From a bacterium (lineage in GTDB: Bacteria > Patescibacteriota > Patescibacteriia > Buchananbacterales > GWA2-38-13), in contig JAUSGZ010000017.1 in the NCBI GenBank assembly GCA_030648715.1, positions 5,108 to 69,107 on the forward strand: a stretch of DNA of 64,000 nt, written 5' to 3'. The notes below the pieces were generated by a model, which saw only the letters and a program-made list of their open reading frames with translations, searched no databases and was not told the origin of the DNA. Positions 1 through 9,425 of this stretch are shown here, in pieces. Numbering within the stretch: the first letter of the stretch is position 1; every line of letters begins with the position of its first letter. The position numbers and the translations under genes were made by a program.

Positions 1-147
1 TGGGCGGTTCGATCGGTAGATCCATCGTCCACGACGATGATCTCGTGAACGACGGCGGCGCACTTCTCCTTGATATCGGCAATAACGCGCGCGATCGCCG
101 ACTCTTCATTCAAGGCCGGAATGATGATGGTGAGTGGCGGCATAATC
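1..147 (-). CDS. Glycosyltransferase family 2, N-terminal fragment (gene continues upstream of window start)
   Basis: rc of 1..147 translates MPPLTIIIPALNEESAIARVIADIKEKCAAVVHEIIVVDDGSTDRTA. This is the classic GT2 start (IIIPxxNE...VVDDGSxD). The ATG is at 145..147; the rest of the gene lies off-window. Confidence 0.6.
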
Positions 148-157
148 GTCCTGCGGT

Positions 158-907
158 TTAACGCTTTTCCCACTGACAAAGAGTAAAACAAGAAAACTGT
201 TTTCCCAACAGCGGCGATAGGGTTGCTTCAATGGCGAGCAGCAACGGTGTATACCAATGTTTCAAACCAAGAGGGATGCGTAGAACCAGAGAATTCAATA
301 CGAACAGGTACGCGATACTCCCACCGTACTTTTCTTGACGAAAAAGGAAACGGTCGGAAAATAACGATTTGATCGCCTCCAAATCGATCGCCCGCTCGTT
401 GCGTTCAAAGAGCGGGTCTCGCGGGTACCACCGCCTGCGAACGCGGTCGGGGAGCGACCCTTGGTGCGGCTCGACAAAACAGAGAATACCGCCGGGCTTG
501 AGGATGCGATGAATTTCTTGAAGCGCAGCTGGTACCTCCGGATGGAGATGGTGCAGCCCCCCAATGATGGCGACGCAACCGAATGCGTTATTCGGAAACC
601 CAGAGCTCAGCACCGAGGAACGGATCGCACGGCATTGGGGCCAGCGCCGACGGTACAACTCTACCGCAGCCTCGGAAATATCCAACCCAGTTACCCGCGC
701 TCCCTGGGTCAGTAGGTATCCCGTCGCGGAACCGCCGCCGCACATCGCATCAAGCGCCTCCACGTTGCCGAGCGCGACGCCGCGAAACATGGGCTTGAAA
801 AAAAAACGCTCCCGGTATCGCTGGCTGCAGGCATCATCGTAGTGAGCCTCGTAGGCATGAAAAATCCTATTATAATGCGCCTGCTGGAGTTGTTCCTGCT
901 GATTCAT
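158..907 (-). CDS. Class I SAM-dependent methyltransferase
   Basis: ORF 158..1066 trimmed to the internal ATG at 905..907 (MNQQEQLQQAHYNRIFHAYEAHYDD). It carries the SAM-binding motif LDAMCGGGSATGYLLTQGARVTGLDISEAAV and the LKPGGILCFVEP motif (Methyltransf_11/25-like). Confidence 0.75.
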   Translation of the reverse strand: MNQQEQLQQAHYNRIFHAYEAHYDDACSQRYRERFFFKPMFRGVALGNVEALDAMCGGGSATGYLLTQGARVTGLDISEAAVELYRRRWPQCRAIRSSVLSSGFPNNAFGCVAIIGGLHHLHPEVPAALQEIHRILKPGGILCFVEPHQGSLPDRVRRRWYPRDPLFERNERAIDLEAIKSLFSDRFLFRQEKYGGSIAYLFVLNSLVLRIPLGLKHWYTPLLLAIEATLSPLLGKQFSCFTLCQWEKR

Positions 908-986
908 ACATGCCGAGCTCACCGAACGGTAGCGTGGTACCGAGCCATTTTTTTTAACATGATACAACGACCCACCGAGAAAAAAA

Positions 987-1940
987 CTAGACGCCGTAAA
1001 ACTTCCGATACCAAGAGACGAACGCCAGAACGCCATCGCGGGCGTCGGTCCTCGGTTGCCAGTCAAGCAACCGTTGCGCCTTGGCGATATCGGCGAACGT
1101 CAGCCGCACGTCGCCTGGTTGCATTCCAGTGAGTTCGATTTTTGCCTTGATGCCGAGCGCATGCTCGAGCATTGCCACCAGGTCGGTCAATGCAACCGGC
1201 CGATTATTGCCAAGATTGATGATCTCGTAGGGGAAGGGACGGTCGATCGCTGCCACCACCCCCGCGACGATATCATCAATATACGTAAAATCGCGGGCCA
1301 TCCGACCGTGATTGAACAGCGTAAGAGGCCGAGACGCAAGCATTTTTTGTATGAAGATAAACATCGCCATATCCGGCCGACCCCAAGGCCCATAGACCGT
1401 GAAAAACCGCAGACCGGTGCTTGGAAGCCCGTAGATACTATGGTAAGCATGCGCCAAGAGCTCAGTAGAACGCTTGGTCGCCGCATAGAGCGACAACGGC
1501 TGATCGACGCGGTCATCCTCCGAAAACGGCAACTTATCGTTCGCACCGTACACGGATGAAGAGGACGCGTAGATAAACGGGACGTTTCCGTTCAGGCGCG
1601 CCAACTCCAGCAGCGTCAGCGTACCAACAACATTCGATTGCGCGTAGACGAAAGGATTCTCCAATGAATACCGCACGCCGGCCTGAGCGGCTAAGTGACA
1701 GACACGATCGAAGCGATATTCGCTGAATATCCTTCCCATAACATCACGATCAGCAATATCGGCGCGCACAATGACTGGCTTGAATTCGGACAAAAAGTGC
1801 CGGACCCGCGCTTCCTTGAGCGTTGGATCGTAGTAATTATTGAAATTATCGACGATGACGATCTGGTCGCCACGGATAAGCAACGTCCGCCCGACTGCAG
1901 AACCAATGAACCCCGCCCCACCAGTAAGAAGGATTTTCAT
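987..1940 (-). CDS. NAD-dependent epimerase/dehydratase (UDP-sugar 4-epimerase-like, SDR family)
   Basis: Start MKILLTGGAGFIGS (Rossmann GxxGxxG), catalytic YAATK (YxxxK), 318 aa. The ORF-track start at 2195 was trimmed to the ATG at 1938..1940. Confidence 0.85.
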   Translation of the reverse strand: MKILLTGGAGFIGSAVGRTLLIRGDQIVIVDNFNNYYDPTLKEARVRHFLSEFKPVIVRADIADRDVMGRIFSEYRFDRVCHLAAQAGVRYSLENPFVYAQSNVVGTLTLLELARLNGNVPFIYASSSSVYGANDKLPFSEDDRVDQPLSLYAATKRSTELLAHAYHSIYGLPSTGLRFFTVYGPWGRPDMAMFIFIQKMLASRPLTLFNHGRMARDFTYIDDIVAGVVAAIDRPFPYEIINLGNNRPVALTDLVAMLEHALGIKAKIELTGMQPGDVRLTFADIAKAQRLLDWQPRTDARDGVLAFVSWYRKFYGV

Positions 1941-2077
1941 ACAAATAGTTACTCTTTTATACCACTTTAAACCACACAGTGCCAACAATGTTGTAGCAGT
2001 ATAGGCCCCACGAACAAACGGTAAAATATGGCCTAAACCAAAAAGAAAACTGGGCGGAGCGAAGGAGATAAATTCCA

Positions 2078-2105
2078 TTGACTTTGGATGAAAAAACGCT
2101 ATACT
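2078..2105 (+). promoter_or_regulatory. Putative sigma70-type promoter for the plus-strand glycosylation operon
   Basis: TTGACT (2078..2083), 16-nt spacer, TATACT (2100..2105), about 30 nt upstream of the flippase ATG. It lies in a divergent intergenic region. Confidence 0.35.
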
Positions 2106-2135
2106 ATCAACAGTTTTCACCTTTCCCATCCCCCG

Positions 2136-3515
2136 ATGTCGGAGGAAATTGGCATCGCAGCCACCCCGCCCCAAGGGCGCGCGCACCCTCATCAAGCCGG
2201 GCGGAGATCGTCACCGGTTTTTTTTCTGACCGCCGCGAACGTGCTTTCCGCCGTCATTGGGCTCGTCGCCAGCGTCATGACCGCCCGCTGGCTGGGCGAA
2301 GCATCGTACGGGGTCATGGGCGTCATCTGGGGGGTGAACGCCACCGTCCTCTCGTTCGTGGATCCGCGGCTGACCGACCTGATGGTCAAGCGCTACTACC
2401 AACCCCCTCCGCCGGGCGTCGAACTTCTGCGGCATCGGGCAAATGTCCTGCAGGTTACCTTCATCTCCTATTTCGGCCTGGCCGTTTGCGCGTTCCTGCT
2501 GGGGGCGATCGCCAACCTGGGGCTTATTGGCTTGTTCACGGCACAGCCGGTCAAGCTGAGCTGGATCGCGGCGGGCGCCTTCACCCTGTCCTCCAGCTAC
2601 CTACTCAACCCACTCACCCAGATGCACCGCCTGCAAGGCCGCTTCTATTTCCTCGGCCTGACGAATCTTGCGACCACGCTCGTGCTCTCGGGCACCGTGC
2701 TCGGGTGGTTGTATTTCAATCGCAGCCTCGATGGTTTCTACACCGGGTCGGCAGTCGGGGCTTTTACTACCACGGCGCTGTTCCTAACGGTGTCGGCCTA
2801 CCTTTGGACCGCCCGCGATCGCCTGCCGTTGTTCCAGAGATTGCACGGACCAACGCTCACCCAGTTCAAAAGGAATTATAAATTTTTATTCTGGAGCAAT
2901 ACGCTCGGCTACGTCAAAATGGGCCATCGCGCCGCCGATATTCTTTTCGTCGGTCTGCTGACCAACGACCAACTCACCGGCGTGTACAAGCTCGCGCGCT
3001 CGCTGACCGACAAGCTGTACTATCTGTTCGACGCCACCAACCAGGTCTACCAGCCGGACTTCATGCAATATCTCGCCGCCGGGCAACCGACAGAATACCG
3101 CCGCCTGGCTCGGCGGCTGCTCTCTTGGGCAGGGCTGGCGACGGGAGCGATCGTCGCCGTCGAACTCGCGGGCTACCCGCTATTCCAGCACTGGCTACTG
3201 GCGGGAAAATTCGCCGGTTCGCAAGCGGCCGTGGTCATCCTCACGCTGCCGCTGTTCCTGGTCCTGGGTGGGTATCTCTGGATTTGGCCCATCATTCTCC
3301 ACCACAACCTGCTCCGCTCCTTTACGGTGCTCGGATTGAGCGGTGTGGTGGCGCAGTACGCCGTGGGTTGGTTCCTGTTCACCGCCACCGGTCTGCCGGC
3401 CGCGTTCCCCATAGGCTACCTTACCTACTATCTGGTCCTCATCGGCGGAGCATTGCTTCAGATAAAAAAACTGCACCCGCGCTGGCTTCCCGGCACGTTC
3501 TATGCGCACCCCTAG
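2136..3515 (+). CDS. Polysaccharide/oligosaccharide flippase (Wzx-like, MOP superfamily), polytopic membrane protein
   Basis: About 12 predicted hydrophobic helices. It has the typical polysaccharide-biosynthesis-protein N-terminus (LTAANVLSAVIGLVASVMTARWLG) and heads the GT operon. The start was chosen at MSEEIGIA. Confidence 0.65.
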   Translation: MSEEIGIAATPPQGRAHPHQAGRRSSPVFFLTAANVLSAVIGLVASVMTARWLGEASYGVMGVIWGVNATVLSFVDPRLTDLMVKRYYQPPPPGVELLRHRANVLQVTFISYFGLAVCAFLLGAIANLGLIGLFTAQPVKLSWIAAGAFTLSSSYLLNPLTQMHRLQGRFYFLGLTNLATTLVLSGTVLGWLYFNRSLDGFYTGSAVGAFTTTALFLTVSAYLWTARDRLPLFQRLHGPTLTQFKRNYKFLFWSNTLGYVKMGHRAADILFVGLLTNDQLTGVYKLARSLTDKLYYLFDATNQVYQPDFMQYLAAGQPTEYRRLARRLLSWAGLATGAIVAVELAGYPLFQHWLLAGKFAGSQAAVVILTLPLFLVLGGYLWIWPIILHHNLLRSFTVLGLSGVVAQYAVGWFLFTATGLPAAFPIGYLTYYLVLIGGALLQIKKLHPRWLPGTFYAHP

Positions 3516-5382
3516 CACACGAACACCTCCCCGCGAACCGCCTGGCATCCACGTCGTACAAATCAGCTACGACGAAACCCTGGCGGCGGGCACGGCGGTC
3601 TCGGAGGCGATGGAACGGCAGACAACCTACGCACGGCAGCTGGCCAAGTTGCTGCCGGGGAGCCAGGTCACCATCCTGCTCCTGACCCGCGATCAAAACG
3701 TCGGTGGGCAGGCCGCGGACAACCTCGCCATCCGTCCAATCCTCTACCACTCCTGGTTGACCATCCCCTTCGTGGTCCGGCGTGCACTTCGGTCGCTCCA
3801 CGCGAATGATCCGATCGCCGTGGTCACCACGCAGACCACCCATGAAGACGGCATCGGCGCACTCCTCTTCCGCCGACAAACTCGCGTCCCCGTCATCGCG
3901 CAGGTCCACTACGATTGCTTCGACCGTTCGGCAAGAGCGCACGTGCTCGGCGGCGGCCTTTCTGGCGCGTTGCGGTGGCAACTATCGCGCTCCTGCTACC
4001 AACGGTACGATGCCATCCGGGTCGTCGCCCGGCTCACTGCCGCCCAGCTGGCAGAGCGTGGGTGGCACACGAATATCCATGTTATTCCCGTACCGGTTGC
4101 GTTGATCGCCGAAGCTCCAATACCGAGGTTCGCACCAACGAAAGCGCCGCAGGTCCTGTACGTCGGCCGGCTCGCGCCGGAAAAACGCCTTGACCGCTGG
4201 CTGCGCGTTGCCCGCCGGATCGCCGACCGCATTCCCACCGCGAGGTTTGACCTTGTGGGGGACGGGCCCGAACGACCCGCGTTGGAACAATTGACGCACG
4301 ACCTTGGCCTAGACGAACGCGTGCATTTCCACGGATTCGTTCCTCATGACCGCCTCGGACCACAGTACCAGAATGCCACGGTATTTCTGTTCACCTCCGA
4401 GGCGGAAGGTTTTGGACGCGTGCTGGCGGAGGCAAGCGCCCACGGCCTGCCGATCGTGAGCAGCCGCGTCGCAGGGAGCCGGGACATTATCGAAGACGGC
4501 GTAAGCGGCTACCTGTTGGCGGGTGATGATACTGAGGGCATGGCGAACCGCGTGATCGAGCTCGCGCACGATGACGAGCGCCGCCGAATGTTCGGCGCCG
4601 CGGGCCATGCCCGCGTGCTCCGCGACTTTTCGCCGGACGCGCTGGTTCGTCAATGGGTAGATCTCTGGCGAACCGTGGCCAAACCGGACACGCGCCTCCC
4701 GCGATCACTGCTCGCGCCGAAACGCCCAACCTGGAAACGATGGCGCCGCATCGCCTGGTCGCCCCACTCGCTGCTGCGGTCACTGGAGTATGAAGTGCTC
4801 CGTGGGCTGCCATTGACCGGGCGCACCCTGGACATCGGCGGCGGGGTACGAAATAGCTACATCGCGCTCTTCCGAACCTCGGGGACGATCGATTCAGTGA
4901 ACATTGACCCCGCGATGCAGCCCACCTACCTGGCCGACCTCAATCAACCGCTCGCTATCCCCGATGGAACCTACGATAACGTCATCAGCTTCAATACGTT
5001 CGAGCATATCGCTGACGATGGCACGGCGATCCGTGAGGCACTGCGCGTCCTGAAGCCGGGCGGCCGATGCTATTTCCTTGTGCCATTCCTCTACAAGGTG
5101 CATGGCTCGCCAAACGATTATCATCGCCACACCGCGTGGTGGTGGCACGACACACTGACGGCGCTCGGCATTTCGGAACCCACGCTGTCCATCGACCCGC
5201 TGGTCTGGGACCCATCCTCGTCAGGCGGAGCATTGCGGAACTTCAGTGATCGGCGGTGGCAAAAAGCGCTGGCGCTGTGCCGAGGTCCGCTCCGCCACGG
5301 CTGGAACGCCAGTGAACGGCTGCCCAGTTACGACTGCAGCGACTACGCGCTGGGGTATTACCTGACTGGAACCAAACAGTAG
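3502..5382 (+). CDS. Bifunctional glycosyltransferase family 4 (N-terminal) / SAM-dependent methyltransferase (C-terminal) fusion protein
   Basis: The N-terminal ~400 aa form a GT4 fold (LYVGRLAPEKRLD...FTSEAEGFGRVLAEASAHGLPIVSSRVAGSRDIIEDGVSGYLL). The C-terminal ~200 aa form a methyltransferase domain (LDIGGGVRNSYI...DNVISFNTFEHIADDGTAIREALRVLKPGGRCYF). Confidence 0.8.
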   Translation: MRTPSTRTPPREPPGIHVVQISYDETLAAGTAVSEAMERQTTYARQLAKLLPGSQVTILLLTRDQNVGGQAADNLAIRPILYHSWLTIPFVVRRALRSLHANDPIAVVTTQTTHEDGIGALLFRRQTRVPVIAQVHYDCFDRSARAHVLGGGLSGALRWQLSRSCYQRYDAIRVVARLTAAQLAERGWHTNIHVIPVPVALIAEAPIPRFAPTKAPQVLYVGRLAPEKRLDRWLRVARRIADRIPTARFDLVGDGPERPALEQLTHDLGLDERVHFHGFVPHDRLGPQYQNATVFLFTSEAEGFGRVLAEASAHGLPIVSSRVAGSRDIIEDGVSGYLLAGDDTEGMANRVIELAHDDERRRMFGAAGHARVLRDFSPDALVRQWVDLWRTVAKPDTRLPRSLLAPKRPTWKRWRRIAWSPHSLLRSLEYEVLRGLPLTGRTLDIGGGVRNSYIALFRTSGTIDSVNIDPAMQPTYLADLNQPLAIPDGTYDNVISFNTFEHIADDGTAIREALRVLKPGGRCYFLVPFLYKVHGSPNDYHRHTAWWWHDTLTALGISEPTLSIDPLVWDPSSSGGALRNFSDRRWQKALALCRGPLRHGWNASERLPSYDCSDYALGYYLTGTKQ

Positions 5383-5395
5383 CGCACCATACTTT

Positions 5396-6211
5396 ATGTT
5401 CGGACTATCGCATCTCCGACAAACCTGGTACCTGACCCGCCGGTACGGAGCGCTCACCTCGCACCCATGGAAAGCACTCTCTTTTTTCCTCTTGGGCAGT
5501 CGTCGACCTGATCGCACCCTTGATTTTTCGTGGGACGGCCAGCCGCTGGTATTCCGCTGGCGCGACTGGGGATGCGTCGAAGAGATCGTCGGCAGCGACG
5601 AATATGGATTCACCCGCGAGTTGCTGACGGGTACAGCTTCGCCGCTGGTGGTCGACCTCGGGGCGAACATCGGTTTGTTCTCGCTGCACATTTTCCGCCA
5701 TGCTCCGCAGGCGGAGGTGCATGCGGCCGAAGCCAGCGCGGAAACCTTCCGCGTCCTGGAGCGCAATCGCGCCCTGCAGCCGCAACGTCGCTGGCGCACC
5801 TACCACGTCGCCGTATGGAAAGAGGACGGCACGGTGCCCTTCCTTGACCTGCCGGCCAGCACCTCGAGCCGTATCAGTTTCACCCCAGCCGCAGCCACAA
5901 CGGTCCCCGCACAGTCATTGCCGTCCCTGCTCGAAAGAATGGTGGGGCCGCGTACGGTGGACCTCCTGAAAATGGACATCGAAGGCGCTGAACTGGCGGT
6001 ACTGCCGACCAGCGCGTCCTCGCTGACCCGCGTTCGCCATCTGCTGGTCGAGCTCCACACGAATATCGGACCGATCCACGACGCCGTTACCGCGCTCCGC
6101 CAGGCGTTCCCCCACCTCTATCGCATCCCGGGCCGACGATCGCAAAAACCGCTGGTCTTGGCAACCCGCGACCCGCAAGCACTGCCGACTTTTTCCACGG
6201 ACGACGCATGA
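5396..6211 (+). CDS. FkbM-family methyltransferase
   Basis: Motifs VVDLGANIGLFSLHIF and DLLKMDIEGAELAVL are typical of Methyltransf_21 (FkbM). Confidence 0.8.
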   Translation: MFGLSHLRQTWYLTRRYGALTSHPWKALSFFLLGSRRPDRTLDFSWDGQPLVFRWRDWGCVEEIVGSDEYGFTRELLTGTASPLVVDLGANIGLFSLHIFRHAPQAEVHAAEASAETFRVLERNRALQPQRRWRTYHVAVWKEDGTVPFLDLPASTSSRISFTPAAATTVPAQSLPSLLERMVGPRTVDLLKMDIEGAELAVLPTSASSLTRVRHLLVELHTNIGPIHDAVTALRQAFPHLYRIPGRRSQKPLVLATRDPQALPTFSTDDA

Positions 6212-7308
6212 ACGAGCCGCACGCATTTCCGGACGCTGCGACATCCTCCTCGCTTCGGCTGCTGGTGGTCAACTTTGAAATGGACGAATGCTCGCCGGTG
6301 CTCGCCTGGCAGGCCGGGGTCGTAAACGCGCTGGCGCAACGCTGCGCACAGGTACTCGTCCTGACCGAACGGATCGGCGAATACCGCGCCCCCGCCAATG
6401 TCAGCGTGCAGCGCCTCAATGTTCGGCCAGCCGGCATTCCCTACCGCGTCGGCGGATGCCTCATCGTACTGTGGCAATGTTTCTCTCTCATGCGCGCCCA
6501 CCGCGTGAATGCCTGTTTCATCCACATGAATCATCCGTGGGCCTACCGGCTGTACCCCGCGTTCCGCCGGCTCCGCGTGCCGGTGCTGCTGTGGTACGCG
6601 CACGGCACCGTTACGCCATCGCTGCGGCTGGCTCTCAAGTGCGTATCCAGGGTTATCACTTCGACACCGGAAGGGTTCCGCATCGCTTCCCCGAAAGTCC
6701 GCATTATCGGCCAGGGCATTGATACGGAACGATTCCGCCTTCCCGCCGGCACTCAAGTGCGACAAGGCCTGATCACGGTCGGCCGCCTATCGCGCCGCAA
6801 ACGTCTTGACCTGCTGCTCGAAGCGATGGCGCAGCTGAAGGCACTGCTTCCCAGCCACAGGGTGCACCTGCGCATCATCGGTGCCCCGCTGACGGCGGAC
6901 GATAACGAATACGTCCACGAACTGCACGCCAAAAAAATATCGCTCGGGCTCCAGAACCTCGTCGAATTCGTCGGCGCAGTCCCCCAGACGGAACTGCCAA
7001 ACATCTACGGGAGCGCACAACTGATGCTCAATGTCAGCGAAACCGGCAGCCTCGATAAGGTCATCCTGGAGGCCTTGGCCTGCGGCTGCCCCATACTTAC
7101 CAGCAATCCGGCCGCGCGCGAAACGCTGGCCGCATATCCTGAATTCTTCACCGCAACGGACGACCCGAAGGCGTTGGCGCACAGCTTAGCAACGCTGCTC
7201 CAGCGGGCATCCGCATACCAACCCGCCGCGCTGCGGGCGCTGGTTTCCGGCCGCCACGACCTCAATACGTACGCCCAACAAATATTCCATCATCTTGAGG
7301 AGATCTGA
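6208..7308 (+). CDS. Glycosyltransferase family 4
   Basis: LITVGRLSRRKRLDLLLEAM...ETGSLDKVILEALACGCPILTS (EX7E-like GT4 C-terminal domain). ATGA overlap with the upstream gene. Confidence 0.85.
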   Translation: MNEPHAFPDAATSSSLRLLVVNFEMDECSPVLAWQAGVVNALAQRCAQVLVLTERIGEYRAPANVSVQRLNVRPAGIPYRVGGCLIVLWQCFSLMRAHRVNACFIHMNHPWAYRLYPAFRRLRVPVLLWYAHGTVTPSLRLALKCVSRVITSTPEGFRIASPKVRIIGQGIDTERFRLPAGTQVRQGLITVGRLSRRKRLDLLLEAMAQLKALLPSHRVHLRIIGAPLTADDNEYVHELHAKKISLGLQNLVEFVGAVPQTELPNIYGSAQLMLNVSETGSLDKVILEALACGCPILTSNPAARETLAAYPEFFTATDDPKALAHSLATLLQRASAYQPAALRALVSGRHDLNTYAQQIFHHLEEI

Positions 7309-8432
7309 TGAAATCCCTGCTGCTCATCACCGATATTTTTCCACCGGAGATCGGCGGACCGGCAAGCTTTATGGTGCGGCTGGCCGCTACGCTGGCTGCC
7401 CGTGGTAGCAAAGTCACGGTGGTGTGTGCGACGCCTGCCGAGGGTCACGACGACCGGCAATTCCCGTTCAGAGTGTATCGCCACTCACGCCGACAGTTTG
7501 GTTTCCGCACCCGCACCGCTCTGCGAATCGCACGGGAGCTGCTCGCCCACGATGCATGCCTGGTGAACGGCCTGGAATACCTGACCGCCATTGCCGCGCG
7601 GATAGTTCGCCGCCCCTACACCATCAAGATCGTCGGTGATATCGTCTGGGAGATGGCGCGGCATTACGCTCTCACGGCGTCCGATATCGATGCCTTCCAA
7701 TCCCTGCTGCCTCCCTCGGAGAAATTGCGAACGCTGGCACGACGCCGGCGGTGGTACCTGAACGGTGCCGCAACCGTCATCGTCCCCAGCAACTACCTGC
7801 GCGGCCTGGTGCGCGGCTGGGGTATTCCCGCTGAGAAGATCCGAGTCATCCAAAACGGCATCCCCACCGAGGACTACCGTCAATGGCAGCCCCAACGAAG
7901 AGGGGCGTCCACACCGCTGCGCGTCGCATTCTGCGGACGCCTGACCAACTGGAAAGGGGTGGACACGCTCTTGGAAGCCGCCGCGGCGATAAAAAATATT
8001 AACATCGATATTATCGGCGACGGCCCCGAACGCGCAGCCCTGGAAAAAATCGTGACCGCGCGGGGGGTCAACGAACGGGTGACCTTTACCGGACGCCTTG
8101 ACGAAAAAGCCGCCAGGGACCGGCTCGCAAAATCCCACGTGCTGGTTCTTGACTCCGCCTACGAAGGGCACTCGCACGTACTGCTGGAAGCGGGAGCATT
8201 GGGCCTGGCGCCGATCGCCAGCCGCTGCGGCGGGAACCCCGAGATCGTCCGCGATGGCGAAAACGGCATCCTGGTCGCGCCCCATGACGTGCCCGCCTTG
8301 CGCGATGCGTTAGAACGACTGGAGGAAGATGAACCGCTCCGATTCCGACTCGCCTCGGCGGCAAAAAACGGAAGCCAGCGCTACTCGTTCAGCAACACTA
8401 TGACCGCCATTCTCGACCTGATCTCCGGCTGA
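7308..8432 (+). CDS. Glycosyltransferase family 4
   Basis: MKSLLLITDIFPPEIGGPASFMVRLA...FCGRLTNWKGVDTLLEA...YEGHSHVLLEAGALGLAPIASRCGGNPEIVRDGENGILV. ATGA overlap with the previous gene. Confidence 0.85.
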   Translation: MKSLLLITDIFPPEIGGPASFMVRLAATLAARGSKVTVVCATPAEGHDDRQFPFRVYRHSRRQFGFRTRTALRIARELLAHDACLVNGLEYLTAIAARIVRRPYTIKIVGDIVWEMARHYALTASDIDAFQSLLPPSEKLRTLARRRRWYLNGAATVIVPSNYLRGLVRGWGIPAEKIRVIQNGIPTEDYRQWQPQRRGASTPLRVAFCGRLTNWKGVDTLLEAAAAIKNINIDIIGDGPERAALEKIVTARGVNERVTFTGRLDEKAARDRLAKSHVLVLDSAYEGHSHVLLEAGALGLAPIASRCGGNPEIVRDGENGILVAPHDVPALRDALERLEEDEPLRFRLASAAKNGSQRYSFSNTMTAILDLISG

Positions 8433-8501
8433 ACCCATGGTTGCCAAGCCAAGCGCATTACGCCTACAATGACTACCACAACGTGACCGCTGACCACGCC
8501 T

Positions 8502-9395
8502 ATGACCTACCAAATTCTCCTCAACAAAACCATGGACCGCGCCGACCTTCAAGGTCAGGAGGCGCAAACCGTGCTCCATGAGCTCAACGAGCTCATCCGA
8601 AAACTCCGCAAAAAAAATCTCAACATCAGTTCCTGGTACGGCTATTTCTCGCTGCCGCCGGTATGGCAGCACTATGAAACGGCCAACCGCGGATTCAACT
8701 ACCAGGCGTTGCCCGAAGCCATCGACGACCGCCATTTTCCCTGGTTTCTGTATTGGGAGATCGCCTGGGTGGTCATCAACAACCACTGGCAGCCGGGTAT
8801 GCGGGTGTTGGACCTGGGCGGAAGCTCGTCACTGTTCTCCTATTACCTTGCGTCCAAGGGACTCGAGGTGACCACGGTGGATCTCCAACCGGAGCTGGTC
8901 GACAACGCCAATCGCGTGGCCGCAGCCATGGGATGGCGCCTGAACAACCTGGTGATGGACATGCGCCACCTCACCGTGCCCGGGCCATTCGACCATATCA
9001 CGTCGATCTGCGTCTACGAGCATCTCCCCTGGCACGATCGGGTCGCGGTCAACCAAGAGGTGCGGCGGTTGTTGATGCCCAGGGGTAATTTCAGCATTAC
9101 CTTCGACTACCGCAACCCTTCGCAGCAGGCCCGCATTAGTTCGCCCGATGACGTCGCCGCGCAGTTCATCGCCCCCTCTGGCCTGGTGCCGCGCGGGAAC
9201 CTTCGGTTCCATGATTCCGGCTCCAGTCACCTCCTACACCCCTTCTTTTCCCCCAACGCAGACTGGCGGTGGAAGCTACAGTCCATCCGGCGCCGGGAAT
9301 TCCGCCTCACCGACTGGCCGAAAAAGAAGTTTGCTAATGACTATACGTTCGGAGCGCTGTTCTTGACGCAGCCGACTGCACCGCCGACGGCGTAA
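8502..9395 (+). CDS. Class I SAM-dependent methyltransferase
   Basis: MRVLDLGGSSSLFSYYLASKGLEVTTVDLQ...ITSICVYEHLPWHDRV...LLMPRGNFSITF. Confidence 0.75.
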   Translation: MTYQILLNKTMDRADLQGQEAQTVLHELNELIRKLRKKNLNISSWYGYFSLPPVWQHYETANRGFNYQALPEAIDDRHFPWFLYWEIAWVVINNHWQPGMRVLDLGGSSSLFSYYLASKGLEVTTVDLQPELVDNANRVAAAMGWRLNNLVMDMRHLTVPGPFDHITSICVYEHLPWHDRVAVNQEVRRLLMPRGNFSITFDYRNPSQQARISSPDDVAAQFIAPSGLVPRGNLRFHDSGSSHLLHPFFSPNADWRWKLQSIRRREFRLTDWPKKKFANDYTFGALFLTQPTAPPTA

Positions 9396-9425
9396 CAACG
9401 CCACCGCCAGGCTGCTGCTTCCTGC

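Noticed and set aside
1056-2881. Overlapping ORFs antisense to the epimerase gene and in alternative frame to the flippase gene (1056..1559 +, 2078..2881 +, 2192..2435 -)
   Set aside because: They are embedded in better-supported genes with recognisable domains. This is a typical GC-rich spurious ORF pattern.
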